Shown: positions 18,546 through 29,396 of the stretch, one piece after another
Layout: each line of letters starts with the position of its first letter
Position numbering within the stretch: position 1 is the stretch's first letter
From: an uncultured Chloroflexia bacterium
GTDB taxonomy: Bacteria > Chloroflexota > Dehalococcoidia > DSTF01 > JALHUB01
DNA length: 64,000 nucleotides
Direction: 5' to 3'
Assembly (NCBI GenBank): GCA_963703345.1
Contig: OY969814.1
Location: 1,760,001 to 1,824,000, forward strand
Notes under the pieces: model-generated
What the model was told of the DNA's origin: nothing
Databases searched by the model: none
The model's input: the letters and a program-made list of their open reading frames with translations, nothing else
Program-made: the position numbers and the translations under genes

Positions 18546-21104
18546 ATGCGAGAAAGCGCGGAGGCACGGGACTCGAGCGGAGGCGCGTCATCGGCCCCGG
18601 CGCCGCTGCGCTGGCTGGCGCTGCTGGCGGCGGCAAGCTGGCTGGGCTATCTCATCTGTAGCGGCGTGCCGCAGGTCCAGCCGGAGGTCTTTCGCGCGAC
18701 GATCGCTTTCCAGGCCGTCGCGCTGGCGCCAGCGATTCTCTACGCCGCATACCTTCTCTTCAGACGCCGACTGCCCGGCGGCTCCGGGCTGGACTGGCCG
18801 TTGCTCCTCCTGCTGGCGGCGTACGGCGTCGCGACCGTCGCTTCCATCGCCTGGAGGGTCAGCCTGGAGAGCACGCTCATCTTCCTGCTGGCGATCCTCG
18901 TCTTCTACGCGCTGAGCGACCTCGACCTGCTGGACGCGACCGGCCTGCAGGCGGCGTTCATGCTCGCGGCTTCCGCGGCGGCGGTCTGGGCGTTGTGGAT
19001 CGTCTTCGGCGACTATCGCGATTGGCTGAGCTTCGCGCAGTCAACCTCCGGCGGCTTCCACATCGGCGATCTGATCCCGCCGACGGTACCGAAGGTGCAC
19101 GACGTGAGCGACCACCCGAACATACTGGGCATGACGCTGGTGCTGGCGATGCCCTTCTACGTCCTGGCCGTCTACCGCAGGGCATCCTTGTTGCTGCGCA
19201 TCTTCTGGGGAGTCATGCTCTTCGCGGCGCTCTGGGCCGTCTTCCTCACCCTGTCGCGCGGCGCCTGGATAGGGGCGGCCGTGGCCGTCGCGCTAACAGT
19301 CGCCGGCGTCGGGGCTGTTCGCGGTTCCTGGTCGGTCCAAAAGCTTCGACGGCCTTTCGGGCAGAGACTGCGCGAAAGGCCGTCGCTCGCGGTGGCGGGC
19401 GGCGTCCTGGCGCTGCTCGTCGTCGCCCTGGCGGTCGCGGTGCTCGCGGCGCGCTGGAACGTGCGACCGCAGTGGCTTTTCCGCGAGTCGCTCTCGCCGC
19501 GGCATGACGTGTTCGACGCCGGCGTCAGCATCTTCCGCGACCACCTGCTCTTCGGCGGCGGCCCGGGCACGTTTGCGCTGCTCTATCCCCAGTACAGCGG
19601 CGAGTTCCCGATCCACGCCATCCACGCGCACAACGGCTTCCTGCAGTTGGCCGACGACACGGGCATGGTGGGGCTGGCGGCGCTGGCGGCGCTCCTCGTG
19701 ACGCTGGGCTGGATGATCTGGCGGAGCTATCGCCGCGGGAACGTGGAGCAGCGGCTGCTGGCGGTTACGTGCGCGGCGGCGCTGATCGGTTTCGCCGTGC
19801 ACAATCTCGCCGACGCGGCGAACATCTGGAAGGCGACGCTCGTCGCCGTGGCGGCGGTTACGGCCATCGTCGTAAAGAACTACTGCTCGCTGGCGCCGCG
19901 CGCCGAGGCGAAGGCGATACGCTTGCCTCCCTGGGCCGGTCGCCTGCGCTCGCTGCTGCCGCGCGGCCTGCTGGTGGTCGCCTTCGTCGCCCTGCCGCTC
20001 GTCTGGCTGCGCATTGACGTCGCTCATCGCCACTACTCGCACAGCCTCAGCCAGCTCGGGATGGGACACATCGCGCAGGCGATCAGCGAGGGGCAGCAGG
20101 CGGTGGATGAGGACCCTGATTTCGCGATCTATCAGTTGCAGCTTGGCGTCGCGGAGGGAACGGCCGTGATGCAGGGAGAGTTGACTTCGCCGGAGCCGGC
20201 GATCGCCAGCCTGAAACGAGGGCTGGAGCTCGAGCCGCGAAGCGCCATCGGCTACGCCAACCTGGCGCGGATGTTCGTCGTCGCCGGGCGCAACAGCGAG
20301 GCGCGCGACGCCGCGCTCCAGGCGCGTCGCTACGCCGGCGCCGACGCGACGGTGCTTCTGGCGGCCGCCGGCGTCCTGGAAGACGTGGGCGCGCCGGAGG
20401 CCGTGCCGACCTACGGCATGGCGCTCTCGCGGATGCCGTCGCTTGGTGATTCGCAGTTCTGGCAGGGAAGCGACTTCCGCCGCTCCCACTACAAGGAGAT
20501 CGTCGGGAACTCACTCATCTCACTCAGCCCCTGCGCGACGGGGACGCTTGTTGCGCGGGCCGGCAACGGCGGCTCCCAGGCGACGACGCTGGGGCTCGCG
20601 GAGCTGCGGGACGGCTGCCGCGACGCCGTCGCCGCCGACCCGGCCAGCCTGGACGCGCGCGTCAACCTGGCGGAGATATCGATGGCGCTGAATGACTACC
20701 AGACCGCCTACGACCTGCTGAGCTACGTGACGAGCCGTCAGCCGGACCTGGCGCGGGCGCGCACCGTCATGGGCGAGTGGTACGCAGCGCAAGGCGACGT
20801 CACCCGAGCGCGCGCTGAATGGACGACGGGCGGTCAGCTCGGCGAGGCGGAGTCGCTGCTATTGCTGGGCGATTCGTATCCGGCGAAGCAGGTGCCGCCG
20901 GAGGTCGTGAAGCGTCTAGGCGAACTGGCGCCCGCCGTCGCGGAGGGGCCGCGCGACTATCTGATCGGCTACCTGTACTATCGAATGCGTTTCTCGCGGG
21001 AGTCGTCGCCTATCATACTGCTGCCGGGCGAGTGGCAGGACGCGATCCCGGGCCTGTACGACCGGATACAGCAGGCGCTCGCGCGCTGGCAGCCGGCCGG
21101 CTAG
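18546..21104 (+). CDS. O-antigen ligase (Wzy_C) family membrane protein with C-terminal TPR repeats
   Basis: HPNILG, LTLSRGAWIG, GGGPGTF, HAHNGFLQ motifs; TPR-like helices. Confidence 0.85.
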   Translation: MRESAEARDSSGGASSAPAPLRWLALLAAASWLGYLICSGVPQVQPEVFRATIAFQAVALAPAILYAAYLLFRRRLPGGSGLDWPLLLLLAAYGVATVASIAWRVSLESTLIFLLAILVFYALSDLDLLDATGLQAAFMLAASAAAVWALWIVFGDYRDWLSFAQSTSGGFHIGDLIPPTVPKVHDVSDHPNILGMTLVLAMPFYVLAVYRRASLLLRIFWGVMLFAALWAVFLTLSRGAWIGAAVAVALTVAGVGAVRGSWSVQKLRRPFGQRLRERPSLAVAGGVLALLVVALAVAVLAARWNVRPQWLFRESLSPRHDVFDAGVSIFRDHLLFGGGPGTFALLYPQYSGEFPIHAIHAHNGFLQLADDTGMVGLAALAALLVTLGWMIWRSYRRGNVEQRLLAVTCAAALIGFAVHNLADAANIWKATLVAVAAVTAIVVKNYCSLAPRAEAKAIRLPPWAGRLRSLLPRGLLVVAFVALPLVWLRIDVAHRHYSHSLSQLGMGHIAQAISEGQQAVDEDPDFAIYQLQLGVAEGTAVMQGELTSPEPAIASLKRGLELEPRSAIGYANLARMFVVAGRNSEARDAALQARRYAGADATVLLAAAGVLEDVGAPEAVPTYGMALSRMPSLGDSQFWQGSDFRRSHYKEIVGNSLISLSPCATGTLVARAGNGGSQATTLGLAELRDGCRDAVAADPASLDARVNLAEISMALNDYQTAYDLLSYVTSRQPDLARARTVMGEWYAAQGDVTRARAEWTTGGQLGEAESLLLLGDSYPAKQVPPEVVKRLGELAPAVAEGPRDYLIGYLYYRMRFSRESSPIILLPGEWQDAIPGLYDRIQQALARWQPAG

Positions 21105-21276
21105 CGCCCCTGGCGAATCGCCGTCTTTTTACAAACTGTTTGCGCAACGTTGACCCCCCGTGCCCCCGGCGGCGGCCGGATTCGATTGACCGGCAGTCGG
21201 CCGCCACCATATGATCTTTACTAGGTTGGATTCGCGCTCTGTGGGGCGCAGGGCCGACCTGCCAGGAGACTTCTTG

Positions 21277-22014
21277 ATGACAACTTCTCAGGAGAAGGAA
21301 CGCGTGGAGACGACGACGCCAGCGACCGACTTCATCGTCGAGGCGAAGGACGTGGCCAAGACGTACGACACGGGCCGGATTCAGGTGCGGGCGCTGCGGG
21401 GCGTGAACCTCTCGGTCAAGCGGGCGGAGATAATCGCCATCATGGGGCCGTCCGGCTGCGGCAAGACCACTCTGCTCAACTGCCTCAGCGGCCTGGACAG
21501 CATCGACTCCGGGACAATCCTCGTCGACGGCTCCGACATCAACCGGCTATCGGATAACCAGAAGACAAGCTTCCGCGCGCGACGCATGGGCTTCGTGTTT
21601 CAGTTTTACAACCTGCTGCCCGTGCTGTCGGCTATCGAGAACGTGGAGCTGCCGTTGCTGGTCTCGGGCACAAACGCCAGGGAGGCGCGGCGACGGGCGC
21701 ATGCGGCGCTGGAGCAGGTGCATCTGACGGACTGGGCGCACCACCGGCCGGCGGAGCTTTCCGGCGGCCAGCGCCAGCGGGTAACCGTGGCACGAGCGCT
21801 GGTCAACGACCCCGCGATCGTCTGGGGCGACGAGCCGACGGGCGACCTGGACAGCACGAACGCGCAGGAGATCATGGACCTCATTTGCGACCTGAACGCG
21901 CAACGCGGCCAGACCTTCGTCCTGGTGACCCACGACGCCAAGATAGCCGCCCGCACGAATCGCACCGTCTTCATGGTCGACGGCCTCATCGTCGACGAGA
22001 AGCTGAACGCCTGA
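21277..22014 (+). CDS. ABC transporter ATP-binding protein (LolD/MacB-like)
   Basis: [25 protein letters not shown]. Confidence 0.93.
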   Translation: MTTSQEKERVETTTPATDFIVEAKDVAKTYDTGRIQVRALRGVNLSVKRAEIIAIMGPSGCGKTTLLNCLSGLDSIDSGTILVDGSDINRLSDNQKTSFRARRMGFVFQFYNLLPVLSAIENVELPLLVSGTNAREARRRAHAALEQVHLTDWAHHRPAELSGGQRQRVTVARALVNDPAIVWGDEPTGDLDSTNAQEIMDLICDLNAQRGQTFVLVTHDAKIAARTNRTVFMVDGLIVDEKLNA

Positions 22015-22051
22015 TGCCTCGAAAGACCGTCGCGGTCGCCCAGGAGACACA

Positions 22052-25000
22052 GTGAAAAGCCTCTTCGGCATCCCCATGAACGACGTCATGTTCGCCTTGC
22101 TGGCGCTGCTGGGCATTTCGCTGGGCGCCCTGGGGCTCATCGTTCTCCGCAACCGGGTGATGTTCCGCATCGGCGTGCGCAACATACCGCGGCGCGTCGC
22201 GCAGACCGTGCTGATCGTCATCGGTCTTATGTTAAGTACGACCATTATCTCGGCCGCCTTCACGACAGGCGACACGGTGGACCACAGCATAACGAAGATG
22301 GTCTACGATTCGATGGGACATGTAGACGAGACGATCCAGCGCGGCCAGAAGCCGAGCGAGAACGGCGCCGGTGACCGCGGGAACGCCCCTGTCGAAACGC
22401 GCAGGGAAGCCGTGCCGCAATCGCTGACAGCGGACCTGGAGCAGAAGTTCCAGGGCGACTCAGAGATCAGCGGCTTCCTGCCGCTAATCACCGAGCCTGT
22501 CGCGGTATCGAACCCGACGACGAAGCTGCATACGCCACAAGGCGTCATCAACGGGCTCGACGCGTCCCGGCTCGGCGCTTTCCCAGACGTCGTCAACACG
22601 AACGGCAAGCCGGTGGACGTCGGCGCGCTGGCAGACGACGAGATCCTGGTGAACAAGAGCATGGCGGACAAGATCGACGCCGTGCCCGGGCAGACCATCG
22701 ACGTCTACTATCAGAACCAGCAGTTCAGCTTCCGGGTGGCGGCGATCGTCAAGGATTGCGTTCTCACTGGGGCCATCGCGTATCCGAATCTGGGGCTGTC
22801 AACACGGCTAGACACACTGCAGAAGCTCTTCAACCGTCCAAACGAAATCGACTATATCGCCGTCGGCAATCACGGCGGCGTACAGGGCGCGACGCAGTAT
22901 TCCGACAGCGTGACGGCCAAGCTGGAGAGCGCGCTCAAGAACACGCAGTACAGCGTCGATCCCCTCAAGGCGAACGGCGTTCATACGGCGGAGCTGGCGG
23001 GCAACATGCTGATGACGTTCTTCATGGTGCTAGGGCTGTTCTCCATCGGCGCGGGCATCCTGCTGACGGTCATGATCTTCGTCATGCTGGCGGCGGAACG
23101 GAAGACGGAGATGGGCATCAGCCGGGCCGTCGGCATGAAGCGTCGGCACCTTATCGAGGCGTTCGTGTCGGAGGGAATGGGCTACAATCTGCTTTCGGCG
23201 CTGGTCGGCGTGACGCTGGGCGTGCTCGTCGCCACGCTGATCGCCGGCGCAATGACGATCCTTCTCGGGCAATACGTGAGCATCGAGTCGGCGGTCACGG
23301 CGCGGAGCCTCATCATTTCGTACTCGCTCGGCGTGACGCTTTGCTTCATCACCGTCATGTTCTCGTCGTGGCGGGTCAGCAACCTGAACATCGTGCGGGC
23401 GATTCGCGACCTGCCGGAGCCGGAGAAGCGGCCGGGTTGGCGCTCGCTGGTCTTCGGCATAGCGTTGGTGCTATTCGGCGGCCTGTTCATGCTCGGCGCG
23501 CTGTCATCGAAACAGGCGGCGCTCTGGACGATGGGCATTTCGTTCATTCTCATCGGCGCGGCCCTAGTCGGCCGTTATCTGCACGCGCCGGAGAGACCGA
23601 TATTCACGGCCGTGGGGATAGCGATCCTTCTCTACTGGGCGCTGGGGGCGGGCGGGCGGCTTCCGGGCCCGGACCTGCACGGCGGCATGGAGCTGTTCTT
23701 CATAAGCGGCATTATGATGGTGGCGGCGGCGACGTTCGTCGTCATGTACAACGCGCACTTGCTGCTCAACCTGCTGGCGCTCGGCGGCAGGCGGATGGGA
23801 CGCGTCTTCCCGTCGATAAAGACGGCCATCGCTTACCCGCTGGCAAGCAAGTTCCGCACCGGCATGACGATGGCGATGATAGCGCTCGTCGTCTTCTCTC
23901 TGACAATGATGTCGGTGATGAACGGCAACTTCGACCGGGCGTTTCTGACGCAGGAGGCGCGCGGCGGCTGGGACATCCTGGTGACCGAGAACCCTTCGAA
24001 CCCCATCGGCGACCTGAAGCAGGCGCTGAACGGCTCCAACGTCGACACGTCGAAGTTCGAGGCCGTGGGGAGGATCGCCGTTGCTGGAAGCTCAGGCAAC
24101 CGGCTGCAGCAGGCGTCGGATAGCGGCAAAGCGCTGACGGACCTGCCGGTCTACCGAGTGGGCGGCATGGACCCGTCGTTCTTGACGCAGAGCAGCATCA
24201 AGCTGCAGTCGCGGGCGACAGGATACGACAGCGACGCGGCAGTCTGGGCGGCGGTGGCGAAAGACCCGTCGCTGGCGATCATCGATGACTTCGCGGCCGG
24301 CGGCAGCGGTTATTCGATGGGCGAAGGCGGCTTCAAGCTCAGCGGCGTCGATCCGGGCAGCACGACCTTTGACCCGATTTCGTTGAGTATTGTCAACGCA
24401 TCGACGCGTGGGACGACGCCGATCAAGGTTATCGGCGTGATGGCGATTGGGCCCAGCAACAACTTCTTCGGCCTCTACACCAACGCCAGCGTGGTGGACG
24501 GGGAGCCGGGCGGCCCTGCCTACAACGAATACTACGTGCGGCTCGCGCCCGGGCAGGACTCGAAGGCGACGGCCAAGGCTATTGAGGCGGCGCTGTTCAC
24601 GAAGGGTGCCCAGGCGGTCTCGCTGCAGGCGCAGATGAACGACCAGATGTCGCTGTCGAAGGGCTTCTTCTATTTGATGGAGGGCTTCATGGGGCTGGGA
24701 CTGGTGGTTGGAATAGCGGCCGTGGGCGTGATAGCCTTCCGCACGGTCGTCGAGAGGCGGCAGCAGATCGGCATGCTGCGGGCCATCGGCTACAGCCGCG
24801 GGCAGGTGGCGTTGAGCTTCCTGCTGGAGTCGTCGTTCGTAACGCTGCTTGGCATCCTGACCGGCCTGGGGCTCGGCATCATGCTTTCGTACTTCCTGCT
24901 GACGAGCAAGACGATGTCGGACATGGGGCTTCACGGCTTCTACGTCCCCTGGCTGGAGATCATACCCATCTGCTTCATCGCCTATGTCGCCGCGCTGATC

Positions 25001-25066
25001 ATGACGTATATTCCGTCGCGGCAGGCGGCGAGGATTCCCATCGCTGAAGCGCTGAGATACGAGTGA
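22052..25066 (+). CDS. FtsX/MacB-like ABC permease with two FtsX domains
   Basis: ERKTEMGISRAVG and ERRQQIGMLRAIG motifs; ends EALRYE. Confidence 0.9.
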   Translation: MKSLFGIPMNDVMFALLALLGISLGALGLIVLRNRVMFRIGVRNIPRRVAQTVLIVIGLMLSTTIISAAFTTGDTVDHSITKMVYDSMGHVDETIQRGQKPSENGAGDRGNAPVETRREAVPQSLTADLEQKFQGDSEISGFLPLITEPVAVSNPTTKLHTPQGVINGLDASRLGAFPDVVNTNGKPVDVGALADDEILVNKSMADKIDAVPGQTIDVYYQNQQFSFRVAAIVKDCVLTGAIAYPNLGLSTRLDTLQKLFNRPNEIDYIAVGNHGGVQGATQYSDSVTAKLESALKNTQYSVDPLKANGVHTAELAGNMLMTFFMVLGLFSIGAGILLTVMIFVMLAAERKTEMGISRAVGMKRRHLIEAFVSEGMGYNLLSALVGVTLGVLVATLIAGAMTILLGQYVSIESAVTARSLIISYSLGVTLCFITVMFSSWRVSNLNIVRAIRDLPEPEKRPGWRSLVFGIALVLFGGLFMLGALSSKQAALWTMGISFILIGAALVGRYLHAPERPIFTAVGIAILLYWALGAGGRLPGPDLHGGMELFFISGIMMVAAATFVVMYNAHLLLNLLALGGRRMGRVFPSIKTAIAYPLASKFRTGMTMAMIALVVFSLTMMSVMNGNFDRAFLTQEARGGWDILVTENPSNPIGDLKQALNGSNVDTSKFEAVGRIAVAGSSGNRLQQASDSGKALTDLPVYRVGGMDPSFLTQSSIKLQSRATGYDSDAAVWAAVAKDPSLAIIDDFAAGGSGYSMGEGGFKLSGVDPGSTTFDPISLSIVNASTRGTTPIKVIGVMAIGPSNNFFGLYTNASVVDGEPGGPAYNEYYVRLAPGQDSKATAKAIEAALFTKGAQAVSLQAQMNDQMSLSKGFFYLMEGFMGLGLVVGIAAVGVIAFRTVVERRQQIGMLRAIGYSRGQVALSFLLESSFVTLLGILTGLGLGIMLSYFLLTSKTMSDMGLHGFYVPWLEIIPICFIAYVAALIMTYIPSRQAARIPIAEALRYE

Positions 25067-25095
25067 CGGACGGCTACGGCTGAGACCGTCGCTGA

Positions 25096-26103
25096 ATGGA
25101 GTCAGCGGCAGTGCACCGAATCCGCGAAGCCACGCCAAACGACAACGACGCGCTGCTTGAACTGGAGCGCAACTCGCCCCTCGATCTAGGCGACACGATA
25201 CTCTCGTTCGAACGGGCGCCCAACTATTTCGCGCACCAGGAGATGCAAGAGCACGGGCGCGTGCTCGTGGCCGAGGAAGACGGGCGGCTGGTAGGGGTTG
25301 TCGCGGGCGCGTGGCACGACGTGGTCATCAGCGGCCAGCGGCATCGACTCCTCTACGTCCACCAGGGCCGTGTTCTGCCCGAATACCGACGGCGGCACGT
25401 CGCCACCAACCTGGTCGTGCAACAGATTGTCCTCGCCGAGGAAGCCAACTTCGAAGCGCCCTACTGGCTGATCAGCCCCGAAAACGACACTTCGCTGGCA
25501 TTCAACCGGCGGGCGAGAGTGGAGAGCTGGCCCGTGGACGGGCGATTGGACGCCTTCGACATCGCCGCAAGGCGCGAGGCGGAACGCGAAGTCGGCAGCG
25601 TCGGGCCCAGCGACTTGCCGCGGGTAGTGGAGCTGGTCAACGAGACTCACGCTGGTCGCGAGATGTTCCTGCCCTACACGATGGCCAGCCTCGCAAAACG
25701 GCTCAGCTTGAGCCCAACATACGGCTGGCAGCACTGGCGAGGTTATCGGTCAAAGGGCGCGCTGGTGGCGGTGGCCGGCGCATGGGACTTCGGACGGTCG
25801 CTGCGGGTCACTGAGCGAGAGAAGGCCACCGGCAGTGAACGCGTGGCGCTGCCGGCCTACGTACTTGACTACGGCTATGCCGCGGGCGCCGAGGAGGCGA
25901 TGGTGGAGGTGTTCATGGCGCTGATGGCAATGGTAGCCGAATGCCAAAGGGACCGGCTTTCGATAGCGCTGCCGATGGAGAGCCGCCTCTTCTCGCTGAT
26001 GGCGGGCCTGCCCCACTTTACGACGCTCCTCCAGATACTGACGCCTCGCATTCCTGCGCCGGAATTGAGGGGCTCGGTATACCTCGATCCCGTCTACGTC
26101 TGA
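25096..26103 (+). CDS. GNAT family N-acetyltransferase
   Basis: IREATPND, VAEEDGRLVG, RVLPEYRRRHVA. Confidence 0.75.
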   Translation: MESAAVHRIREATPNDNDALLELERNSPLDLGDTILSFERAPNYFAHQEMQEHGRVLVAEEDGRLVGVVAGAWHDVVISGQRHRLLYVHQGRVLPEYRRRHVATNLVVQQIVLAEEANFEAPYWLISPENDTSLAFNRRARVESWPVDGRLDAFDIAARREAEREVGSVGPSDLPRVVELVNETHAGREMFLPYTMASLAKRLSLSPTYGWQHWRGYRSKGALVAVAGAWDFGRSLRVTEREKATGSERVALPAYVLDYGYAAGAEEAMVEVFMALMAMVAECQRDRLSIALPMESRLFSLMAGLPHFTTLLQILTPRIPAPELRGSVYLDPVYV

Positions 26104-26185
26104 CCGCCTTCGGGCGCGCTTGATCGCCGCCGCCAATCTCGGCTATGCTCGCGGCACGAATGTCGTCAGTATAGGAGTGCGCTCC

Positions 26186-27289
26186 ATGGGTCACCGCGCG
26201 CCTCGACTGGTCGTCTGGCTTGCCGTCGCCGCCCTCTGCCTTGTCGTGACGGGCTGCAGCTCCGGCGAGAGCAAGGAGTCGAACGATTCGACGGCCCAGC
26301 CAACCGCAGTCAGCGCTCAGAACGCCGTCTTCCCGACAAGTGACTGGCAGACTTCTTCGCCCGAAGCGGAGGGAATGGATGCGGCGCGCCTGGACGAGAT
26401 AGATCCGTACTGCGTCGAGCACGGCTGTCGGGCGGTGGTCGTCCTGCGGCACGGGCGGATCGTCTGGGAGCGCTACTGGGGCGGCTGGAACGAGACCTCG
26501 ACGGACAATAGCTGGTCGATGGCGAAGAGTGTGACCAGCGCCCTGGTGGGAATCGCCATCGGCGAGGGCAAGATTAAGGGTGTCGATGAGAGCGCATCGG
26601 ACTTCATACCGGAGTGGCGCAACGACGTTCGCCAGAAGATAACGATTGGGGACCTGCTATCGATGGAGTCGGGCCTAACGTGGAGTATGACGTACGATCC
26701 GGTGTCCGGCGATACCGTCAACATGCTGGAGCAGAACGACCAGGTGGGCTACGCCGTCAATCGCTACCAGTACCGCGAGCCCGGCACCGACTGGTACTAC
26801 TCCGATGGAGACGCGGAGGTCTTGTCGGGCACCATCAAGGCGGCAACGGGCATGGATGTCGCGCAGTACGCGCAGGAGAAGCTGTTCGGGCCGATAGGCT
26901 TCCACGTCAGCGAGTGGTCGAAGGACAACGTTGGCCACAGCACGACCTTCTGCTGCATCTTCAGCACAGCGCGAGATTTCGCCCGCTTCGGTTATCTCTT
27001 CCTGCGCGACGGTCAGTGGGCGGGAGAGCAGGTGGTGCCGGCCGACTGGGTGGCGCGCTCGACGCAGGCGTCGCAGATCGAGAACACGAACTACGGCTAC
27101 TTCTGGTGGCTGTGGCAGTTCGCGGGGCTGCCGAAGGGCTCGTACGAAGCGATGGGCTTCGCGACGAAGCGCATCTACGTCATCCCTAGCCTCGATATCG
27201 TCGCCGTGCGCCTGGGCGACGCGGACGACGCCGCCTGGAGCGACGACTCGTTCCTGAAGCCGATTGTGGACGCGACTAAGGGCGGTTGA
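26186..27289 (+). CDS. Beta-lactamase-family serine hydrolase lipoprotein
   Basis: Lipobox VTGC; SMAKS (SxxK), LLSMESGL, YSD, ARFGYLFL. Confidence 0.88.
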   Translation: MGHRAPRLVVWLAVAALCLVVTGCSSGESKESNDSTAQPTAVSAQNAVFPTSDWQTSSPEAEGMDAARLDEIDPYCVEHGCRAVVVLRHGRIVWERYWGGWNETSTDNSWSMAKSVTSALVGIAIGEGKIKGVDESASDFIPEWRNDVRQKITIGDLLSMESGLTWSMTYDPVSGDTVNMLEQNDQVGYAVNRYQYREPGTDWYYSDGDAEVLSGTIKAATGMDVAQYAQEKLFGPIGFHVSEWSKDNVGHSTTFCCIFSTARDFARFGYLFLRDGQWAGEQVVPADWVARSTQASQIENTNYGYFWWLWQFAGLPKGSYEAMGFATKRIYVIPSLDIVAVRLGDADDAAWSDDSFLKPIVDATKGG

Positions 27290-27336
27290 CCCTTCGACTT
27301 GCCTTCCTTCAGATGTGGCGCATACGCCGCTAGTGC

Positions 27337-27366
27337 TTGACGACCTCGAAAAACGGCTGCTATACT
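27337..27366 (+). promoter_or_regulatory. Sigma70 promoter of tRNA cluster
   Basis: TTGACG-18 nt-TATACT just upstream of tRNA-Trp. Confidence 0.65.
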
Positions 27367-27377
27367 CCTCCTGATCT

Positions 27378-27453
27378 AGGAGTGTAGCTCAGTTGGGAGA
27401 GCAGCGGTCTCCAAAACCGCCGGTCGGGGGTTCGAGTCCCTCCACTCCTGCCA
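27378..27453 (+). tRNA. tRNA-Trp (CCA)
   Basis: Cloverleaf; anticodon loop CTCCAAA; GTTCGAG; 3' CCA. Confidence 0.95.
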
Positions 27454-27509
27454 TTGAGCATTCGCGTTCGGGGCAAGGTTGCTCCGGACAGGTGGGCAAT
27501 TGCGCTCGG

Positions 27510-27594
27510 GCCGAGGTGGTGGAACTGGCAGACACGCGGTCTTGAGGGGGCCGTGCCTTCGGGCGTAGGGGTTCAAATCCCCTCCTCGGCACCA
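27510..27594 (+). tRNA. tRNA-Leu (GAG)
   Basis: Long variable arm; loop TTGAGGG; 3' ACCA. Confidence 0.94.
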
Positions 27595-27625
27595 GGACTG
27601 AGCGGGACGGGCGAAGCGAGATTGG

Positions 27626-27699
27626 GGCGACGTAGCCAAGTGGCAAGGCAGGGGTCTGCAAAACCCCCATCACCGGTTCGAATCCGGTCGTCGCCTCCA
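27626..27699 (+). tRNA. tRNA-Cys (GCA)
   Basis: Loop CTGCAAA; GTTCGAAT; 3' TCCA. Confidence 0.95.
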
Positions 27700-27752
27700 G
27701 CACGATGTGAAGGCTCAGGACTTTCGGGTTCTGAGCATTGTCATGTTTGGGC

Positions 27753-27838
27753 GCCGGGGTGGCGAAACGGTATACGCGGCGGACTTAAAATCCGCTGGCC
27801 TCACGGCCGTGTGGGTTCGAGTCCCACCCCCGGCACCA
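27753..27838 (+). tRNA. tRNA-Leu (TAA)
   Basis: Loop CTTAAAA; long variable arm; 3' ACCA. Confidence 0.95.
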
Positions 27839-27860
27839 GCAAATTCGACAGAGCGGGACG

Positions 27861-29357
27861 ATGACTACTGAGACGAAAAAGGCGGTTGAGTACGAGACGG
27901 TAATCGGGCTGGAGGTGCATGTGCAGCTCCGCACCCGCAGCAAGATGTACTGTCGCTGCAGCGCCGACTACGCGAACACGCCGCCGAACACGCACGTCTG
28001 CCCGGTCTGCCTCGGCATGCCAGGCGTACTGCCCGTCATCAACCAGCAGGCGGTCGAGTTCACGATAATGACGGCGCTGGCGCTCGACTGCGAGATCCCG
28101 GAGCACGCCAAGTTCGACCGCAAGAACTACCCCTATCCCGACCTGATGAAGGGCTACCAGATATCGCAGTACGATATGCCATTCTCGCGCAACGGGCGGC
28201 TGGAGGTCGAGGCGGACGGCAAGCGAAGCGTGATCGGCATCACCCGCGTGCACCTGGAGGAGGACGTTGCCAAGCTGATGCACCGTCAGAACGAGGCCGG
28301 CGAGACGTACAGCCTGGTCGACGTCAACCGCGCCGGCGTCCCGCTGATGGAGATCGTCTCTGAGCCGGACATCCGCTCGCCCGAGGAGGCGCGCCAGTAC
28401 CTGATGAAGCTACGCCAGATCCTCCGCTACATCGGCGTGAGCGAGGCGAATATGGAGGAGGGCAGCTTCCGCTGCGATGCCAACATCAGCCTGCGACCGG
28501 CCGGCACGACGGAGCTCGGGCCGAAGGTCGAGGTCAAGAACATGAACAGCTTCCGGGCGGTGTTCCGGGCGCTGAGCTTCGAGGTGGAACGTCAGCGAGA
28601 CGTGCTTGCGGCCGGTGGAACGCCGGTGCAGGAGACGCGCGGCTGGGTGGAGGAGAAGGGTGAGACGGTCTCGCAGCGCACGAAGGAATACGCGCACGAC
28701 TATCGCTACTTCCCGGAGCCTGACCTGCCGCCGCTGCGACTGGAGCGCGAGTACGTCGAGAAGATACGGTCGTCGCTGCCGGAGCTGCCGGACGCGAAGG
28801 AGCGCCGCTTCATCGGCGAGTACGGCCTCAGCGAGTACGAGGCGCACCTGCTGACGGAGACGCGGGCCCGCGCCGACTTCTTCGAGGCCTGCCTTTCGTC
28901 GTCGCCGGCGGGCGCTGACGCGGAGGCGATGAAGCAACGGGCGAAGACGGTCAGCAACTGGATGCTGGGCGATTTCGCCAGGCTGCTGAACCAGGCCGGG
29001 ATCGACGTCGATGAGTCGAAGGTTGAGCCGCGCCACTTGTGTGATATGATAGGCTTAATCGAGCAGGGCGCTCTCAGTGGCAAGAGCGCCAAGGCCGTCT
29101 TCGAAGAGATGTTCAAGACCGGCAAAGCACCGGCGGAGGTGGTGCGCGAGCTGGGCCTCACCCAGATCAGCGGCGAAGAGGAGATAGCGGCTGTCGTCGA
29201 CAAGGTGCTGGCGGCAAACCCCAAAGCTGTGGAAGACTATCAAAGCGGTAAGGCGGAGGCTGCCAAGTTCCTCATTGGTCAGATCATGAGGGAGACGCGC
29301 GGCCGCGCCAACCCGGCGGTTGTCACGGAGCTTCTACGAGAGAAGCTGAAGTCCTGA
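27861..29357 (+). CDS. gatB: Asp/Glu-tRNA amidotransferase subunit B
   Basis: IGLEVHVQL, RKNYPYPDL, HLEED, NRAGVPLMEIV, EVKNMNS, YRYFPEPDLPP. Confidence 0.97.
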   Translation: MTTETKKAVEYETVIGLEVHVQLRTRSKMYCRCSADYANTPPNTHVCPVCLGMPGVLPVINQQAVEFTIMTALALDCEIPEHAKFDRKNYPYPDLMKGYQISQYDMPFSRNGRLEVEADGKRSVIGITRVHLEEDVAKLMHRQNEAGETYSLVDVNRAGVPLMEIVSEPDIRSPEEARQYLMKLRQILRYIGVSEANMEEGSFRCDANISLRPAGTTELGPKVEVKNMNSFRAVFRALSFEVERQRDVLAAGGTPVQETRGWVEEKGETVSQRTKEYAHDYRYFPEPDLPPLRLEREYVEKIRSSLPELPDAKERRFIGEYGLSEYEAHLLTETRARADFFEACLSSSPAGADAEAMKQRAKTVSNWMLGDFARLLNQAGIDVDESKVEPRHLCDMIGLIEQGALSGKSAKAVFEEMFKTGKAPAEVVRELGLTQISGEEEIAAVVDKVLAANPKAVEDYQSGKAEAAKFLIGQIMRETRGRANPAVVTELLREKLKS

Positions 29358-29396
29358 TGTCCTTCGTCCCTCCTGTTAGCTAATGATTGGCGATAA

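Noticed and set aside
27376-27864. Short ORFs over the tRNA cluster
   Set aside because: They are translations of tRNA genes; the same applies to 51074-51637.
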